From Schizochytrium sp. TIO01 (Eukaryota > Protista > Bigyra: Labyrinthulomycetes): 64,000 nucleotides of DNA. The notes under the pieces were generated by a model. That model saw nothing but the letters and a program-made list of their open reading frames with translations, had not been told where the DNA came from and did no database searches. The stretch is from assembly GCA_004764695.1 (NCBI GenBank), contig SMSO01000032.1:2108001-2172000 (forward strand), read 5' to 3'. Made by a program: the position numbers and the translations under genes. Positions 11,317 to 23,293 of this stretch are shown here, in pieces (position 1 is the first letter of the stretch; each line of letters opens with the position of its first letter).

Positions 11317-12371
11317 TTTATACACGAGGCTAATTAATGGCTCCCCATCATTTACTCACTGCTTTACTTCCATTCCAAACAGAGCCGAGCCTTTGTAGAC
11401 CCCACTACCACATTTTACAATTAGAACTTTGGCGTGTCTTCATCGACCCTCACGAACACGGCCCGTACAGTGCCTGTGCTTTTCACGCGCTCCTATTAAT
11501 CTCCACAAGGGATCCAGGTGACCGCGCTCCCAATTGCGTTCCCATTAGTGCACACGTGCCATATTATGCTCCGTCTTATTTTAAGACGCCGTCTTAAAAC
11601 TAGCCTTGTCCAAAACTGCACTTTCCTTGAGGCCTCGTACCAAGCTGCAAAATGATCTCAGCAAAGGTCTTTTTGAGGGGGGCGTGCTCTACCTTTTACG
11701 TGCTGTCTCGGCAGGTTTTTGCACATGCTTTCTCTGCCATCCGAGGTGGTTCTTTGAGACAGATTTGGTGGTCGGAAAGCTCACATTTGTGGTGGGGGAC
11801 TGGTTTTCCGCCCTTTCTCAAGCCAGAATTGGCTTATCATCCCAGTTATGTACCTCTATGTACCTCTACCTATGTAGGTAGTAGCAGTACAGTAGCAATA
11901 AGTTGAGCTTTTCTTCTTTTTCCATCTTCTTTTACAATGGCACCGAAGGGGGAGAATGAGATCGGCAATGTGTCAACCTCGACGTCGAGAAGCCCTCTGG
12001 CCATGCACAGAAGATCAATCCTCTATTGGAGAAGTGCAGCAAGTGATTGAGTTGAGTCTGGTCACGACGGCTGACACAGTTTCGGGAAGGGTGCTCACGT
12101 TGCGGACAAAAGGTGCCGTTTCTGTTGATTTACACAAGGTTGAATTGAACGATTCCCTGAACTTGCCATCTTGACCTTTCTCATAAATAAAATAGGTAGG
12201 GACTGTTAGTATAGCCCTTCTGGGTGTGCCTCGAACGTGCACTTGGGTAAAGTTCACCAGGCGATCTGCGTTTAATTTCGAAGACCCGACGAGGAGATCA
12301 AACTTGCGGGAAATCTTCATCCTGTCGAAATCAATCTCCGACTGGGTGAAGAGACTGAGGCAGAATTCATT

Positions 12372-14646
12372 ATGGTCAAGGTCACAAAGGAATTGGCTTT
12401 GACGGTGCTTGCATCATGTACTCTCAGCACGCGACTTGGTGGACTATGGCGAGTTGCTTCACGAAAGGGCAAAAAAGCAGTCGTCATTCAGGTACGTTTC
12501 AAGTGTATGAACAATGCCAAGTTAACAAAGAAAGTTAATCTAGAAGCGTGTTACCCGAATCTCGATACGTCTTTGTGCACGTGCTCAAGTATTTGACTCA
12601 GAAACGATGTACTCACTCGTGACTATTTTTTTTAACATCAACTTGAACATGGTCACACAACAGTGGTCTCTCGTCGCTATCACCCTTTCCTCGAAGCATA
12701 TTCGTAAGATGCTCGAACGCGTTCCTTCAATTTTAGTTCCTTCACTTGCAGTGAGCGCACTTTCGTTTGAATTGATTGCTCGCCACATCTTGAAGGCACG
12801 ACAAATCCAGCACGCCGCCCGCAAGTGCCTATGGGCGGTTATTACATTTGGCATGGTTCCTGAGCTTGTAGAAGCAGCGAACCAAGGATTAAGCGCGTTA
12901 ACTAGTGGAGAGGTAGATATTCCAGCACTTATTGCCATGCAGCTCGGCCTATGCCTTAACCAGGCACGAGCTGCCGCGGTTATCTTACTTATGCTTACTG
13001 GTGGGGAGGCTTTTGAGGAGCACGCATTAGACCGTGCCGGGCATTCTCTTCATTCATTACTCTCGCAAAGTCCGGGCAAGGCCCACCGTGTTAACACTGA
13101 TTTAAATGAAATTGAGGATGTCGATGCTGAAGAGGTGAAGCCTGGGGACATCATTATGATTAAGACCGGAGAAGTTGTCCCAGTAGATGGAGTAATTGAT
13201 GGCTTTGAGACTCAATGTGTGCCATCTTTTGATGAAAGTGTTTTAACAGGAGAGGGCATCCCGGTAAATAAGCAAAAGGGTCAAGAGGTAATGGCAGGGT
13301 CTCATCTTGTGGGAGGCGCTTGTCGAGTAGCAGCTGTAGCATACTACCAAGACTCCGTTGTGTCGCGAATGAAGGCAGAACTTTCCAAGGCCCTGAATAG
13401 GAAGGCGTCTCTTGAATTAAAGTCGAAGCGGTTTGCTGGTTTTTTTACGCCACTTACCTTCGGATTTGCAGCCGCGGCTTGCTACATTTCGGACTGGCGA
13501 GGCCTTTGCCAACGGCGACTTTGGGAAGCAGTATTGGCGGTTTTCATGTCAGCGACCCCCTGCCCTGCGGCAATTGGAGTGCCAATTGCTATGCTTTCCG
13601 GAATGAGTGTTGCAAGTCGTCGTCATGGAGCAACAATTAAAGCCGGTATTGCCCTCGAAGGTCTAGCTGACTGTTCAGTTGTTGTGCTTGATAAGACAGG
13701 AACCTTGACAGAAGGAAACCCACAGGTGAAAACTTTCACTGTTGCCAAAAGTCGTCTAGGGGCTGACCTTGAGGTGCTACGCCTTGTCGCAAGTGCAGAA
13801 CAATACTCAACCCATCCTCTGGCCTTGGCAGTTTGCTCATATTATAAAGAGAGAATGCTCGGGTGTAGTGCCGTCAACGAAGAACATTATTCACAACATA
13901 GTTTCCGTCTCCCCGTGGCTCAAATTAGTCACCACGATGGTAGTGGAATCGCGGCAGTCTTAGAAAAAGATGACCTGCAAGTGTTTGTTGGAACTCGAAG
14001 GTTTTGTTTTGACGACCAAGGGTTTGCTTCTTCGGATGGTCATTACAAGGATGTTGATATTGAGGCGTTTTTCGCAATTGCTAAAAATGGAGATCTTTAC
14101 GCGTACGGAAGATTCACGTTTGAAGACCAGCTACGGCCATCAGCACGAAAGGTTGTGAACAAGCTACAGAATGAAATGGGTGTTCGTGTGATGATGTTAA
14201 GTGGAGACCGTAGCGAGCACCTGTCCCGTGTTGCCCAAGACCTTGGTATTGCAGAATTTGCCTCATGTTGGCCGCATGAAAAGGCTGAAATGGTGAACTC
14301 CCTTCGTAAAGATGGTCATATTGTTTTGATGGTTGGTGATGGATCCAATGACTCTGCTGCTCTCGCAGCTGCGAATGTCGGAATGAGCATTGGTGTGAGT
14401 AACCTTGCAGCAGAAAGTGCTTCAGTTGTCCTTCTTAATGATGATCTTTTAAATATTGCAGCTCTTATGTCTCTAAGCAAAAATGTTGTTCGAGTTGCTA
14501 AAGAGACTGTCTCCGTAGGTATGTCAATTTCGCTGTGCCTTATGATGTGTGCTGCTACTGGAGTTACCACTCCATTCATAAGCGCGGTTGCTCAAGAATG
14601 TGTTGACTTAGGAGCTGTTTTTTCTTCTCTTCGAGCCTTGCGTTAA
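12372..14646 (+). CDS. P1B-type heavy-metal ATPase, P1B-5-like (PCP); likely exons 12372-12491 and 12664-14646
   Basis: LTGE, SATPCP, DKTGTLT, HP, GDGSND and terminal QECVD...LRALR motifs. A phase-0 intron 12492-12663 (CAG|GTACGT...CAACAG) joins ORF 12372 to ORF 12607..14646. The 5' exon is less certain than the body. Confidence 0.9.
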
Positions 14647-15122
14647 CTCGCCACAACTGATGCTTGCTTGCCTATTACATTCTGGAGTAATGAGACACTA
14701 TCAAGACATGTAGGTAGGTAAAAAAACTTACACTATAGCATATAGACTGAGGTTCCAAGAGTATTTCAACATCAAAAATTGGCCATGTTGCAGATTTTAA
14801 AGAGTCTGTTAGGCTATTGCATGTTGTAACAAGCCCACTTCAGCATGCAAACGTAAACCCAGTAAAGGAAGAGTTACTGACCTTCGTCTTTGACCGTCAG
14901 GCTTTTATTCCCCGTCCTGTCATTCCATCACGGAAGTATTGTCATTTAAATTCTTAATTGACAATGTTACGCCGATAGCCAAAGGGGCTTGTATGATGGA
15001 CAATTTTTTTCCCTCCTCTAAAACACTTTACAAAAAAAATACAGTGAAAATGAGTTATGAATTTTTTTCTCCACTTGCTATTGCGTATAGTTCGTCTCAA
15101 AAATCCTGTGACAGCACTGATT

Positions 15123-18100
15123 TTATACTTGGAACTCTTCTTCGTCTACTTTTGTTTCGTGGATGTTCCCATAGTCGGCAGTTTCCTTTGCTGTTAAAAA
15201 CGTAGCAGGAACCATAGGTAACTGCGGTGATGAAATTTGTAATTGCTTCTCCGCTTTGCTCAGAAGCACGGGTGGGCCATATGTTGCAAAAAGTGATCCA
15301 AAACAGTCTAGACAGACTCGTTGAGGAATTGTAGGGTGAACATGTTCCAATAACCAGCGATTTGGACTACAGTCATTACAAAGACATTTTCCACAGCGAC
15401 GACAATGGTGCGGACGAATAACCATCGTGAATGCAATATTGCATCGCATGCAGTTTGTCGTATCTTTCACCCAGACGGGTGCTGTTTCAGACTGTATGCT
15501 CTTACGATGTTCGCGCACCTTCTCGATTGCATCTTTCAGATCGGCGATCCACGCAGCACAAGAAACCACGTCTTTAGCGTATACGCGAAATGATTTCTCA
15601 CGACTAACGATTTCAAAAGATGTCAAATCGTTCTCTACAGAGTTGACATGGCAGTATGCAAGAGGAATAGTTCGGTGGTGTCTTACATGTAGAGAAGGAA
15701 ATTCTTCTCGCTCACCATACATCAGAGCATCAGTAAAAAGCAAAAAGTCATACTTGGTTTGTCGGCTTCTTGACTGCTTCACTAAGGCACCCTCACGGAT
15801 ACATTTCCTGTTTACAGGGGCCTCCTGTATAATCATGTCTCCCCATACGGATACAAGCTCGTGCATGTGAACCAAGCCCTCGCGATCGCGAATACGCTCG
15901 TTAATATGCGTTGTCATTCTCTGAATTGCATCAATGGCAAGGTCTAGCCTAGTGCACTCATGATTTGACTGATCCATGCTCTCGCGTAGTCGACGAAGGA
16001 GTAGAATATATCTGGGCAGGCGCTGAATAGGGAGTATGAGCAAGCTTTGAATGCATTGGGCTCCAGTTTTTGCTAATGCAGTATGGTATACCCATTTTTG
16101 ACGCTCAAAGAACTCCCGCAACGTCGATAATGCATGGGTTTTTTCGACAAGAATACGGTTAGCAAACTCAAATGAAGCAGAGTATTCATCATAAAGCTGA
16201 AAGAGAGCACTCATTTGAAGGAAGACGTCAGCGATTGAGCCTTTTAAAAAAGGTTGTCCACTTTCCGAGTATGAAATACAGTGATCTTGGAGACTCTGTA
16301 TGAGGCGCTCGCTTAAAGCAACGATGTATTGTACATCTGACAGAAATACGAACATTGAGGACAGGTCTGCTTGATCAACAATGCCTACTAGTTCTCCTCC
16401 GATCAATAAGGCGTCTGAACGAAAGTCGTCTAGAAGAGGGCGTACATATATCTTCATCAGCACCCGTAGGCCTTCTAGATATGATTTTTCCGAATTCAGA
16501 AGATCAAGGGCTACAAGAACATCAGTTGGAAGATTTTGACCAAAAGATCTTGGTTCGCTCCGTACTTCAGCAGTTTCAGCCTTTGCTTCTGTTACAGAGG
16601 TTTTTTGTCCGAAGAATGATTCAAAAATTGCCATCTGACTAGGGCTCAGTTGTGAATTTGCACCTCTAATAGTTTCAGCTTGCCGATCTGCTTCAGCTTC
16701 GGCTTGCTCAGAAGCAAAATAGCACTGCGAGCACATACGAACAGTGCGGTCCTGCACACGTTTCTCTTGAGCACGATCATTTCTACCCGTTGATGCCTCT
16801 CGTCGAAGGAGGCGGCGGACAGAGCTTTGTTTGGCCACGTCAGAGACCTGCCTTACACCACGAAATTTTGAACAATTCCTACAAAGAAGGCGTCCGCATG
16901 CATAGCAATGATGTCTTCGGCGCAAGGTCGAGAAGGCTACGTGGCATAAAGTACATGCTCGTGAAGTATGATCGGGTTGCCATACAGGGGATACAATTTG
17001 CTTAAACGAAGGGCTTGATGGGCTACAGGGCTCATCATCGTCTTCATCATCATTTTCGTCATCGACATTGTCAACTGCACTATCAGCATCATCATTTACG
17101 GTATCATCTTGCTGCACACGCACATTCTTTCCTTGCCCATCTAGTTTTGCTTTCGGTAGTGTTTTTTTATATTTTGCGATTGTCCGGGACAAGGTGATCC
17201 ACCAATCGCAAAGCTCACCTGGGGTTTTGGCCTTGACACAAAAACTTTTTCCTCCATCCAAAGAGTATATATTAAAGCGTAGCGCGTTTTGACGCTCAAC
17301 TGATAGTGTCGAAAGCATGGAGAGAACAGCTCCACCAACTGCATGATCAACGGATGGAACAGTTGCAAAAGTGTCAACTTCAATTCCTTCGTCACCGACC
17401 GCCATGACACCCACCCGGACAGCGCTTAAATCTAACGCGTGGTGGAGCCTAAACTGCTTGCGGGATAGGCCTCGAGCTTTAGAGCCATAAATCAATGCGT
17501 CATTGAAAAGAACAAACTGGTATTGAACTTCTGCTTTGCGCGAGACTTTGATGAGACTTCCTTCTTTGATGACATACCTTCCGGGCCGCTTAATTGCGAA
17601 TACATGAGGACCGACATCCCAAGCAGAGCCAATTTGAGCAAGCAATGCCTCGCTAGCATGCCTTGACTCAATTGTATTGATGGAAGTTTGAATTGACTCC
17701 AGAAAATCTGCAATAGGTTGAAGTTGTTGACGCGTCTCTTCGTCGTCAGTAGCACGACCTAAACGTTTATTTATGCATCCTCGCATAGTCGTAACTTGAT
17801 GAAGAGGAAGATCTAAAATATCTTCGAATTTGAGGCCTACACGTTGCTCTGTAGCTAAAACAAGGTCTTCAAGGCCTGGCATTGTTTTGCGGCGAATCCG
17901 AATTAACTCAGCAAAGGGTTTTCTTGATTCATAATATTGGGTGTAAACCGAGAAGAGAGGCGCAAAGTGAAGGAGCACTGTTTCTAATTCAATTCCATTA
18001 AGGTCTTTCAGAGCGACTTCTTTCATGTCTCGCGTGAGGTGCTCATTTAATGTGAGAACCGTGCCTGCTGTCCGAAGAAATGCCACTGTCCACGCACTCC

Positions 18101-18254
18101 TTGGGAGCAACGTAGTTGCACCATGTGCATGGCTACGCAAATCAGCCCATACTGCTGAGACAAAAATGTAGCGAAAATTCGCAAATCTGGAAGAGAATTC
18201 TTCAATTATAGACACAAGCTCGACAGCATTATCTTCTTCAGTGGATGTCATCAT
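15123..18254 (-). CDS. FGD-like RhoGEF with tandem (DH-PH-FYVE)x2 architecture
   Basis: 1043 aa. DH motifs SEKSYLEGL and LLILPIQRLPRY; PH motifs KEGSLIKVS..FVLFNDALIYG and REGALVKQS..FLLFTDALMYG; FYVE motifs WQPD..RRHHCYACG and WVKD..RPHHCRRCG. Confidence 0.9.
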   Translation of the reverse strand: MMTSTEEDNAVELVSIIEEFSSRFANFRYIFVSAVWADLRSHAHGATTLLPRSAWTVAFLRTAGTVLTLNEHLTRDMKEVALKDLNGIELETVLLHFAPLFSVYTQYYESRKPFAELIRIRRKTMPGLEDLVLATEQRVGLKFEDILDLPLHQVTTMRGCINKRLGRATDDEETRQQLQPIADFLESIQTSINTIESRHASEALLAQIGSAWDVGPHVFAIKRPGRYVIKEGSLIKVSRKAEVQYQFVLFNDALIYGSKARGLSRKQFRLHHALDLSAVRVGVMAVGDEGIEVDTFATVPSVDHAVGGAVLSMLSTLSVERQNALRFNIYSLDGGKSFCVKAKTPGELCDWWITLSRTIAKYKKTLPKAKLDGQGKNVRVQQDDTVNDDADSAVDNVDDENDDEDDDEPCSPSSPSFKQIVSPVWQPDHTSRACTLCHVAFSTLRRRHHCYACGRLLCRNCSKFRGVRQVSDVAKQSSVRRLLRREASTGRNDRAQEKRVQDRTVRMCSQCYFASEQAEAEADRQAETIRGANSQLSPSQMAIFESFFGQKTSVTEAKAETAEVRSEPRSFGQNLPTDVLVALDLLNSEKSYLEGLRVLMKIYVRPLLDDFRSDALLIGGELVGIVDQADLSSMFVFLSDVQYIVALSERLIQSLQDHCISYSESGQPFLKGSIADVFLQMSALFQLYDEYSASFEFANRILVEKTHALSTLREFFERQKWVYHTALAKTGAQCIQSLLILPIQRLPRYILLLRRLRESMDQSNHECTRLDLAIDAIQRMTTHINERIRDREGLVHMHELVSVWGDMIIQEAPVNRKCIREGALVKQSRSRQTKYDFLLFTDALMYGEREEFPSLHVRHHRTIPLAYCHVNSVENDLTSFEIVSREKSFRVYAKDVVSCAAWIADLKDAIEKVREHRKSIQSETAPVWVKDTTNCMRCNIAFTMVIRPHHCRRCGKCLCNDCSPNRWLLEHVHPTIPQRVCLDCFGSLFATYGPPVLLSKAEKQLQISSPQLPMVPATFLTAKETADYGNIHETKVDEEEFQV

Positions 18255-19628
18255 CGTGGAAACCCGGTTTTCCTTATTGCTGCTTTGCAGCTGTATTCAA
18301 GTTGACCCACAGCCCCCAAAATCCCTTATATTTCCTTTGCAGATTTGAGCAAGGAGGCTTCAAACCAAGCTAGCTTAAAGTATCTCCACTATAGAAGGCG
18401 CTCCAGCGGCTCGTGGCGTATGAAAGACTCGATTAGATGGCCCTCGCCTCCGTGTATACAACTAAAGCGCACCAGGGCTCCGGCGGTTTGCGATTCTGTC
18501 ATTTAGTGGTGTATATCGAAATCAAGTCGAGTCAAGTCATACCTCTTACGATCACCGAGGACCAGAATAGGTTAATTTCTATGTCCATTTTTAAGTAAGT
18601 CCTGGAAGAGTGAGGGTTTGAGCTCCTAATTAGTCCCTACATAGTGCTAGTTAGCTCTGGATGATGTCCAAGTCAATTATCAATCCTTAACCTCATATGC
18701 TTAGACTTGAGAGCACGCCCAATTGTTTATCTATCCACCTCTGTGGTATTTATTTTAATAAACATACTATTACCTTGAAAACCTGGCTTTGCTTCGTCTC
18801 TTTGAGGTTGTAAAACTTCAAGGGTCAAGATTAATCAACTCTAGCTGTATGTTCTCGTGGATGAAGAGGTGTGTACTCCCCTCTCCTGATTTCTACTACT
18901 ATGTAGTAAAGGTCTTAGTACTCAAGCTTTAGGGGTAGGAAAGGAGTATATTCTGAGAACCGTATCGAACTTGATATATTCAACTCAATAACAATCTGGA
19001 GATTATTACCTAATACTCTTATAATGCCCCATGTTTACCCCTCCTATGCTCCTCCCATAGGAAGTCATGCGAATGTAACGCTTGATGTAGTCAACGGTCC
19101 TAATGCCTCACATCATCGTATTAGAGCTGTCTCTTCGATCCTCGGAGGGGCAATGATCAAGTTACTCAAACTCATATAATCTTTAAGGATAGCAACTAAA
19201 AATAGACTTGGACAGTCATCTGAGCGACAAAGTCTTGTTAGATGGCTCTTTCATTTTGATTTTGCGGTTCAGGAAAGCCAGACAAAACAAGCGTAAAAAA
19301 ATAGAGTTGCTACCAAGGCACTAAACAACTAACGCGCATCTCAAAATTAGTATCACCCCTTTCACGAAACTAAAAAATATATTATGTACCTTGGTACCCT
19401 GGTTTTCCTAAGAGAGACGTTGTTTTTAAATAGAACATGAGATCTGATTAGCTAGCAGGGGTAACAAGCAAAACTTAGTCGAAGAAGAGTTGAGACATCT
19501 GAGTTTGTGCAAAACCATAACTTGCTTGTGTGAGTCTAAATCAAATCGATTGCAGCAGAGCAATTTGACTTGGCTAGTCTTTATTTGAAAGCTCGATATT
19601 CATTTAGTTGTGAATTCAACTTTACAAG

Positions 19629-20360
19629 ATGGCATCCTTCCGTACCGTTGTCATTTGTGTTCTTCTGAGCGTTTTGCTTTGTGCCAACAACCTCAAGGTG
19701 GCAAGTGCAATGGGTGTAAAAGAGCACTGCCATACTGCTTGCTCGAGTCTTCTCAGCCCATCCGACCCGTCCGAAGCACAATCGCTTCATCAGGTTATGA
19801 GTAAGAACTGCCTTTCTGCGCTTACCCGTTCAAACTACGATGGTAAAATTTGCCGTACCCACTTCTTGCAAACCGGACTGCTTTCCTGTCAGCTAAGCTG
19901 TGAGCACCTTGTTCAGGGTAATGCTCTCAGTAATAAGCCGGAATTTGCCCAGGAGCGTCGCGCGTGTGACAAGTACTCTGGGGGCCAATACGACCAGTTC
20001 TCCAAGAAGGCCTGCGAAATGGCTGTCAAGACTTCGTCCACCCATTTTGCGAAGGCAGGTATCGCTCTTCGATCAAAGATTGATGAGATGTGTGCTACAG
20101 TCGACGATGATAAGAACTCTGCTGACGAGCCGGAGATTGAGGAGATCGCCTCACCAAAGGGTGCAGAGGTGAAGCGTGTCACCCCTGTTGTTGAAAAGGA
20201 GCCCATTCGTGCATCCCCTCAGGAGCCAGTTGAAATCACCCCGGAGGAACGGATGGAGGCAGTAGAGATCATCGGGGAGGTTATTGCTATGGAAAGTATG
20301 CTTGAAGAGGCCCCTGCTACAGCAAGAAAGCTTCGCAAGTCTGTTGAAATGGAGGTGTAA
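19629..20360 (+). CDS. Secreted Cys-rich hypothetical protein
   Basis: 243-aa ORF with N-terminal signal-like segment (VVICVLLSVLLC), paired cysteines (CHTAC, CQLSC, KKAC) and an acidic Pro/Glu tail. Confidence 0.7.
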   Translation: MASFRTVVICVLLSVLLCANNLKVASAMGVKEHCHTACSSLLSPSDPSEAQSLHQVMSKNCLSALTRSNYDGKICRTHFLQTGLLSCQLSCEHLVQGNALSNKPEFAQERRACDKYSGGQYDQFSKKACEMAVKTSSTHFAKAGIALRSKIDEMCATVDDDKNSADEPEIEEIASPKGAEVKRVTPVVEKEPIRASPQEPVEITPEERMEAVEIIGEVIAMESMLEEAPATARKLRKSVEMEV

Positions 20361-20597
20361 ATTACGAGATTGTAAAGTTATCTTCTTGAAAGCTGCTCTT
20401 CTTTGTTTGTCATTGCATTTGTTGCTTGACTTGGGTTGTCGATAATTGTTTCGTTAAATTTATGTCAAACTGATATTTTGTTTTAAAAATTGTTTTGTTA
20501 TATATTTTGCAAATCACAAGAGCCAGACCAATGGATTTTTTGAAAAGGTAAGATATTTTTGAAATCGAAATAGAAAGCTCGATCACATTTGGGCTTC

Positions 20598-22351
20598 TTA
20601 CCAGTCACCTCGCTCGGCAGCTGACTTTTCGTTTTCTTCGCGCCACTCCCGTTTGATAGTGTTGTACAAAGGCTTGAGAAATTGCTTCTCGAAGCCGTCG
20701 AGATAAGGTTTCATGGATGTGTGCTTGTACAAATCCGAGCTATCAATACTGACTTCTGCTGCGTTGATCTCATCGACCAGCTTGGGAAGGGTGGGTACGG
20801 CATCTGGATCAAACTCGTGGGAGTTAGCAACATCGAGAATAGGTACACAGACCTTTCCCGTCTGTAATGATAAAATAATTAGTTGGAAAGGTACCGAAAC
20901 GAAATGTGTTAGTATATACTCCAAGAGATTGTGAATGGTTGTCTAACCTTATTGGGTCTTTGGCGTGAATAAGTTTTTTGTATAGTCATACTTTTTCATT
21001 CAGCGTTTGAATACCCTTATAAGAGAGAGAACATCAACTTACCTTTGGGTGGATCACAAAAGGGCTCTTGAGCAAGTGATTTCTGTGTGTAGAGACATTC
21101 ACATCAAGACGCGGGTAGCAAAACACGATAAGAATTGTTGGCACAACCTTGCGAAGGTTCGTAATTTGCCTATAATTTGAAGTCCGTTCCCTCGAGAGAC
21201 GTTTGATCTCATCATCCACAGTAGCCTTCAACTGCTTCCACCGAAACTTGGAGTCTTTATCATCTGATGACCAAACACGATCTAAACGCTCGCGAATACT
21301 CTCGTCTGGGATAAGCTTGAGAACCTTGTCCCATCGCTGTTTCTCCGAAAATATGTCCTGGCCCTCTGGGTCAAGAACCATTTGATCAAAGACTTCCTCA
21401 AGTTGGCCCATAGCCCGCTCAATTGACTAAATATAATAAAAAAGAAAATTTACACAGACAAACAGCAACGTCCAGCAATAAGCCGTTAGGAGAAATTGTC
21501 AGCAGGAATGCACCTTGCAATCAGGAAGGAGTGTAGTGACTAAAACTTACGGGATGAAGTGGGTGAGTGAGTTGAACACGTTGTGCCGCATTTTCATTAC
21601 CAATAATGAGGGTGAGGTAATCCACAATCGCTTTGCGCTCCTTGTCTTCAAGCTTTCGAGCCTTTGTATCAGAAACCCAACAATGTACACCTCGGCGACC
21701 AGAGAAAATCCAAACAAGGTGTTCGAAACCAAAATCTTGGCGAAGAGTCTCATCGACAATCTTCATGGCGACAGACATGTACAGCCAACTGCCCTTTTCC
21801 CACATCATGTCAGGCGTGCAACCTAACCTGACCTCATCGTAATCTGTCAAATCGATATCGAAAACGAGTTCGCGCTCGAGTGGCTTAAACGCAGTCGATT
21901 TGGCCGACTTGTGGTTCTTGGGCGGGAGAGAGTATAGTGGTCCAATGTCAATCTTGTGTGGGTTCTTGCTAGCGACCATTTTCTTAAACTCAGATGCGTC
22001 GCGAAAGCATAAGTATCTAATATAGACGTCGTCGGCCATGGTAAAGGAGAACTCCCGGCGCAGGAAGTAATCGCTATCAATTTGCGGTTGCTCGTTAATG
22101 CGATCCGGGTCGTTGCCATAACTTAGCCACCGGAACATTGCCTCGTGGGGAAATAAACGTGCATAGTACACACGAAGCAGTTCTTCATCAAATACGCTCT
22201 TACTGCTGTTCGCAACATCCTTCATCTTGACATCGTCGCTCTCCGAGGTAGGATCTTGTTCCTTTTTCAAGTTTTCACTGCGCGCAGTGTCGTCATCTAC
22301 GCGTTGTGGCGATGCCGGTTGGTCCTGCGGTTGTTGCTCATCAACCTCCAT
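20598..22351 (-). CDS. PRIM1: DNA primase small (catalytic) subunit; exons 22351-21551, 21426-21043, 20861-20598 (482 aa)
   Basis: RREFSFT, KIDIG, ERELVFDIDLTDYD, FSGRRGVHCWV, YPRLD.NVS and HLLKSPFVIHPK|TGKVCVP motifs. Two phase-0 GTAAGT...AG introns (21550-21427, 21042-20862). Confidence 0.95.
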
Positions 22352-23083
22352 GATGCTGACCGTAAGTTTAGAGAACTTAAAATGCTATCAAAGAAGCTGA
22401 TCCGATCGATGTAAACACTTGCTCGCGTCTTGCACAAGGGACTAGCCCAGCTTTCGCCTGCAATGACTCGAGGCGTTCGCGATTGCTCTCTCGCTGTTCT
22501 GTTCGTTGTGAGAATCGAAGTTAGGCTTGATTTTCGCTTGGTCGTTAGGTTCATACTACCCCATGTTAGGTCCCACATGGTACCAAAGCCTATATGCTAG
22601 AATATCTTAAAACATGGAGGATATCCTCTCATAGGCCAATCCTTGCTCCTCTCATAGGCAGCTTTTGGCATTCTTTGCCACGGCTTGAGCATGTATGTCC
22701 ACGCGATGGTCTTGATACTTCAAATAATCCCAACCCTCATTTCCTCGTTGATTAGAAGAGGAGGGGGCATAGGCATGTCATGCATGACAAGCAATTTTGC
22801 CTAGAAGCAAACGGCCTCATCAACCTCAAATAAGTGGCTCTTCCTTCCTCGACATTGCCATCAATTCACATCTCCGCAGCAGCTGTCCGGAGCCCCTCTG
22901 CTACGACGCATCTTCACTCTACATCAGATGCCAAAGGCGGAGCTTCTTCGCAAAGACCTCCATTGCTGCGCAGCTTCTGTGGGTGGAGGGAGAGCCATCG
23001 ACGGATGTCGGTCTGAGGAGATGAAGATCGAGAGGAGGATAGATGATAAATAAATAAACAATACATAATACATCATAACAACT

Positions 23084-23293
23084 AAAACTCTAAAACTCCA
23101 AAACTCCAAAACTCCAGAACTCTATAACTCCCTCCAACCACCGACCTCTGTGCGTGGCTGGTGGCGCAGACACGAGGTCTGTGGGTGCTCCACATCGCTC
23201 CAGGCGCACCCGTGGATATCGGGCCTCGCGACGGGCCGGCCTGAGCGAGCTTCGCTCTGACTGAGTTCTGAGTTCTGAGTTCTGAGTTCTGAG
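23084..23293. repeat. Short tandem repeats (AAAACTCY)n and (CTGAGTT)n
   Basis: Visible tandem units at about 23084-23120 and 23257-23293. Confidence 0.8.

Noticed and set aside
11579-11599. Perfect 10-bp inverted repeat TTTTAAGACG-C-CGTCTTAAAA
   Set aside because: Single occurrence with no flanking element structure; function cannot be supported.
12015-12320. Minus-strand 101-aa ORF with thioredoxin-like VPTYFIYEKG
   Set aside because: No CxxC or other supporting motif; possibly a relic, but unsupported.
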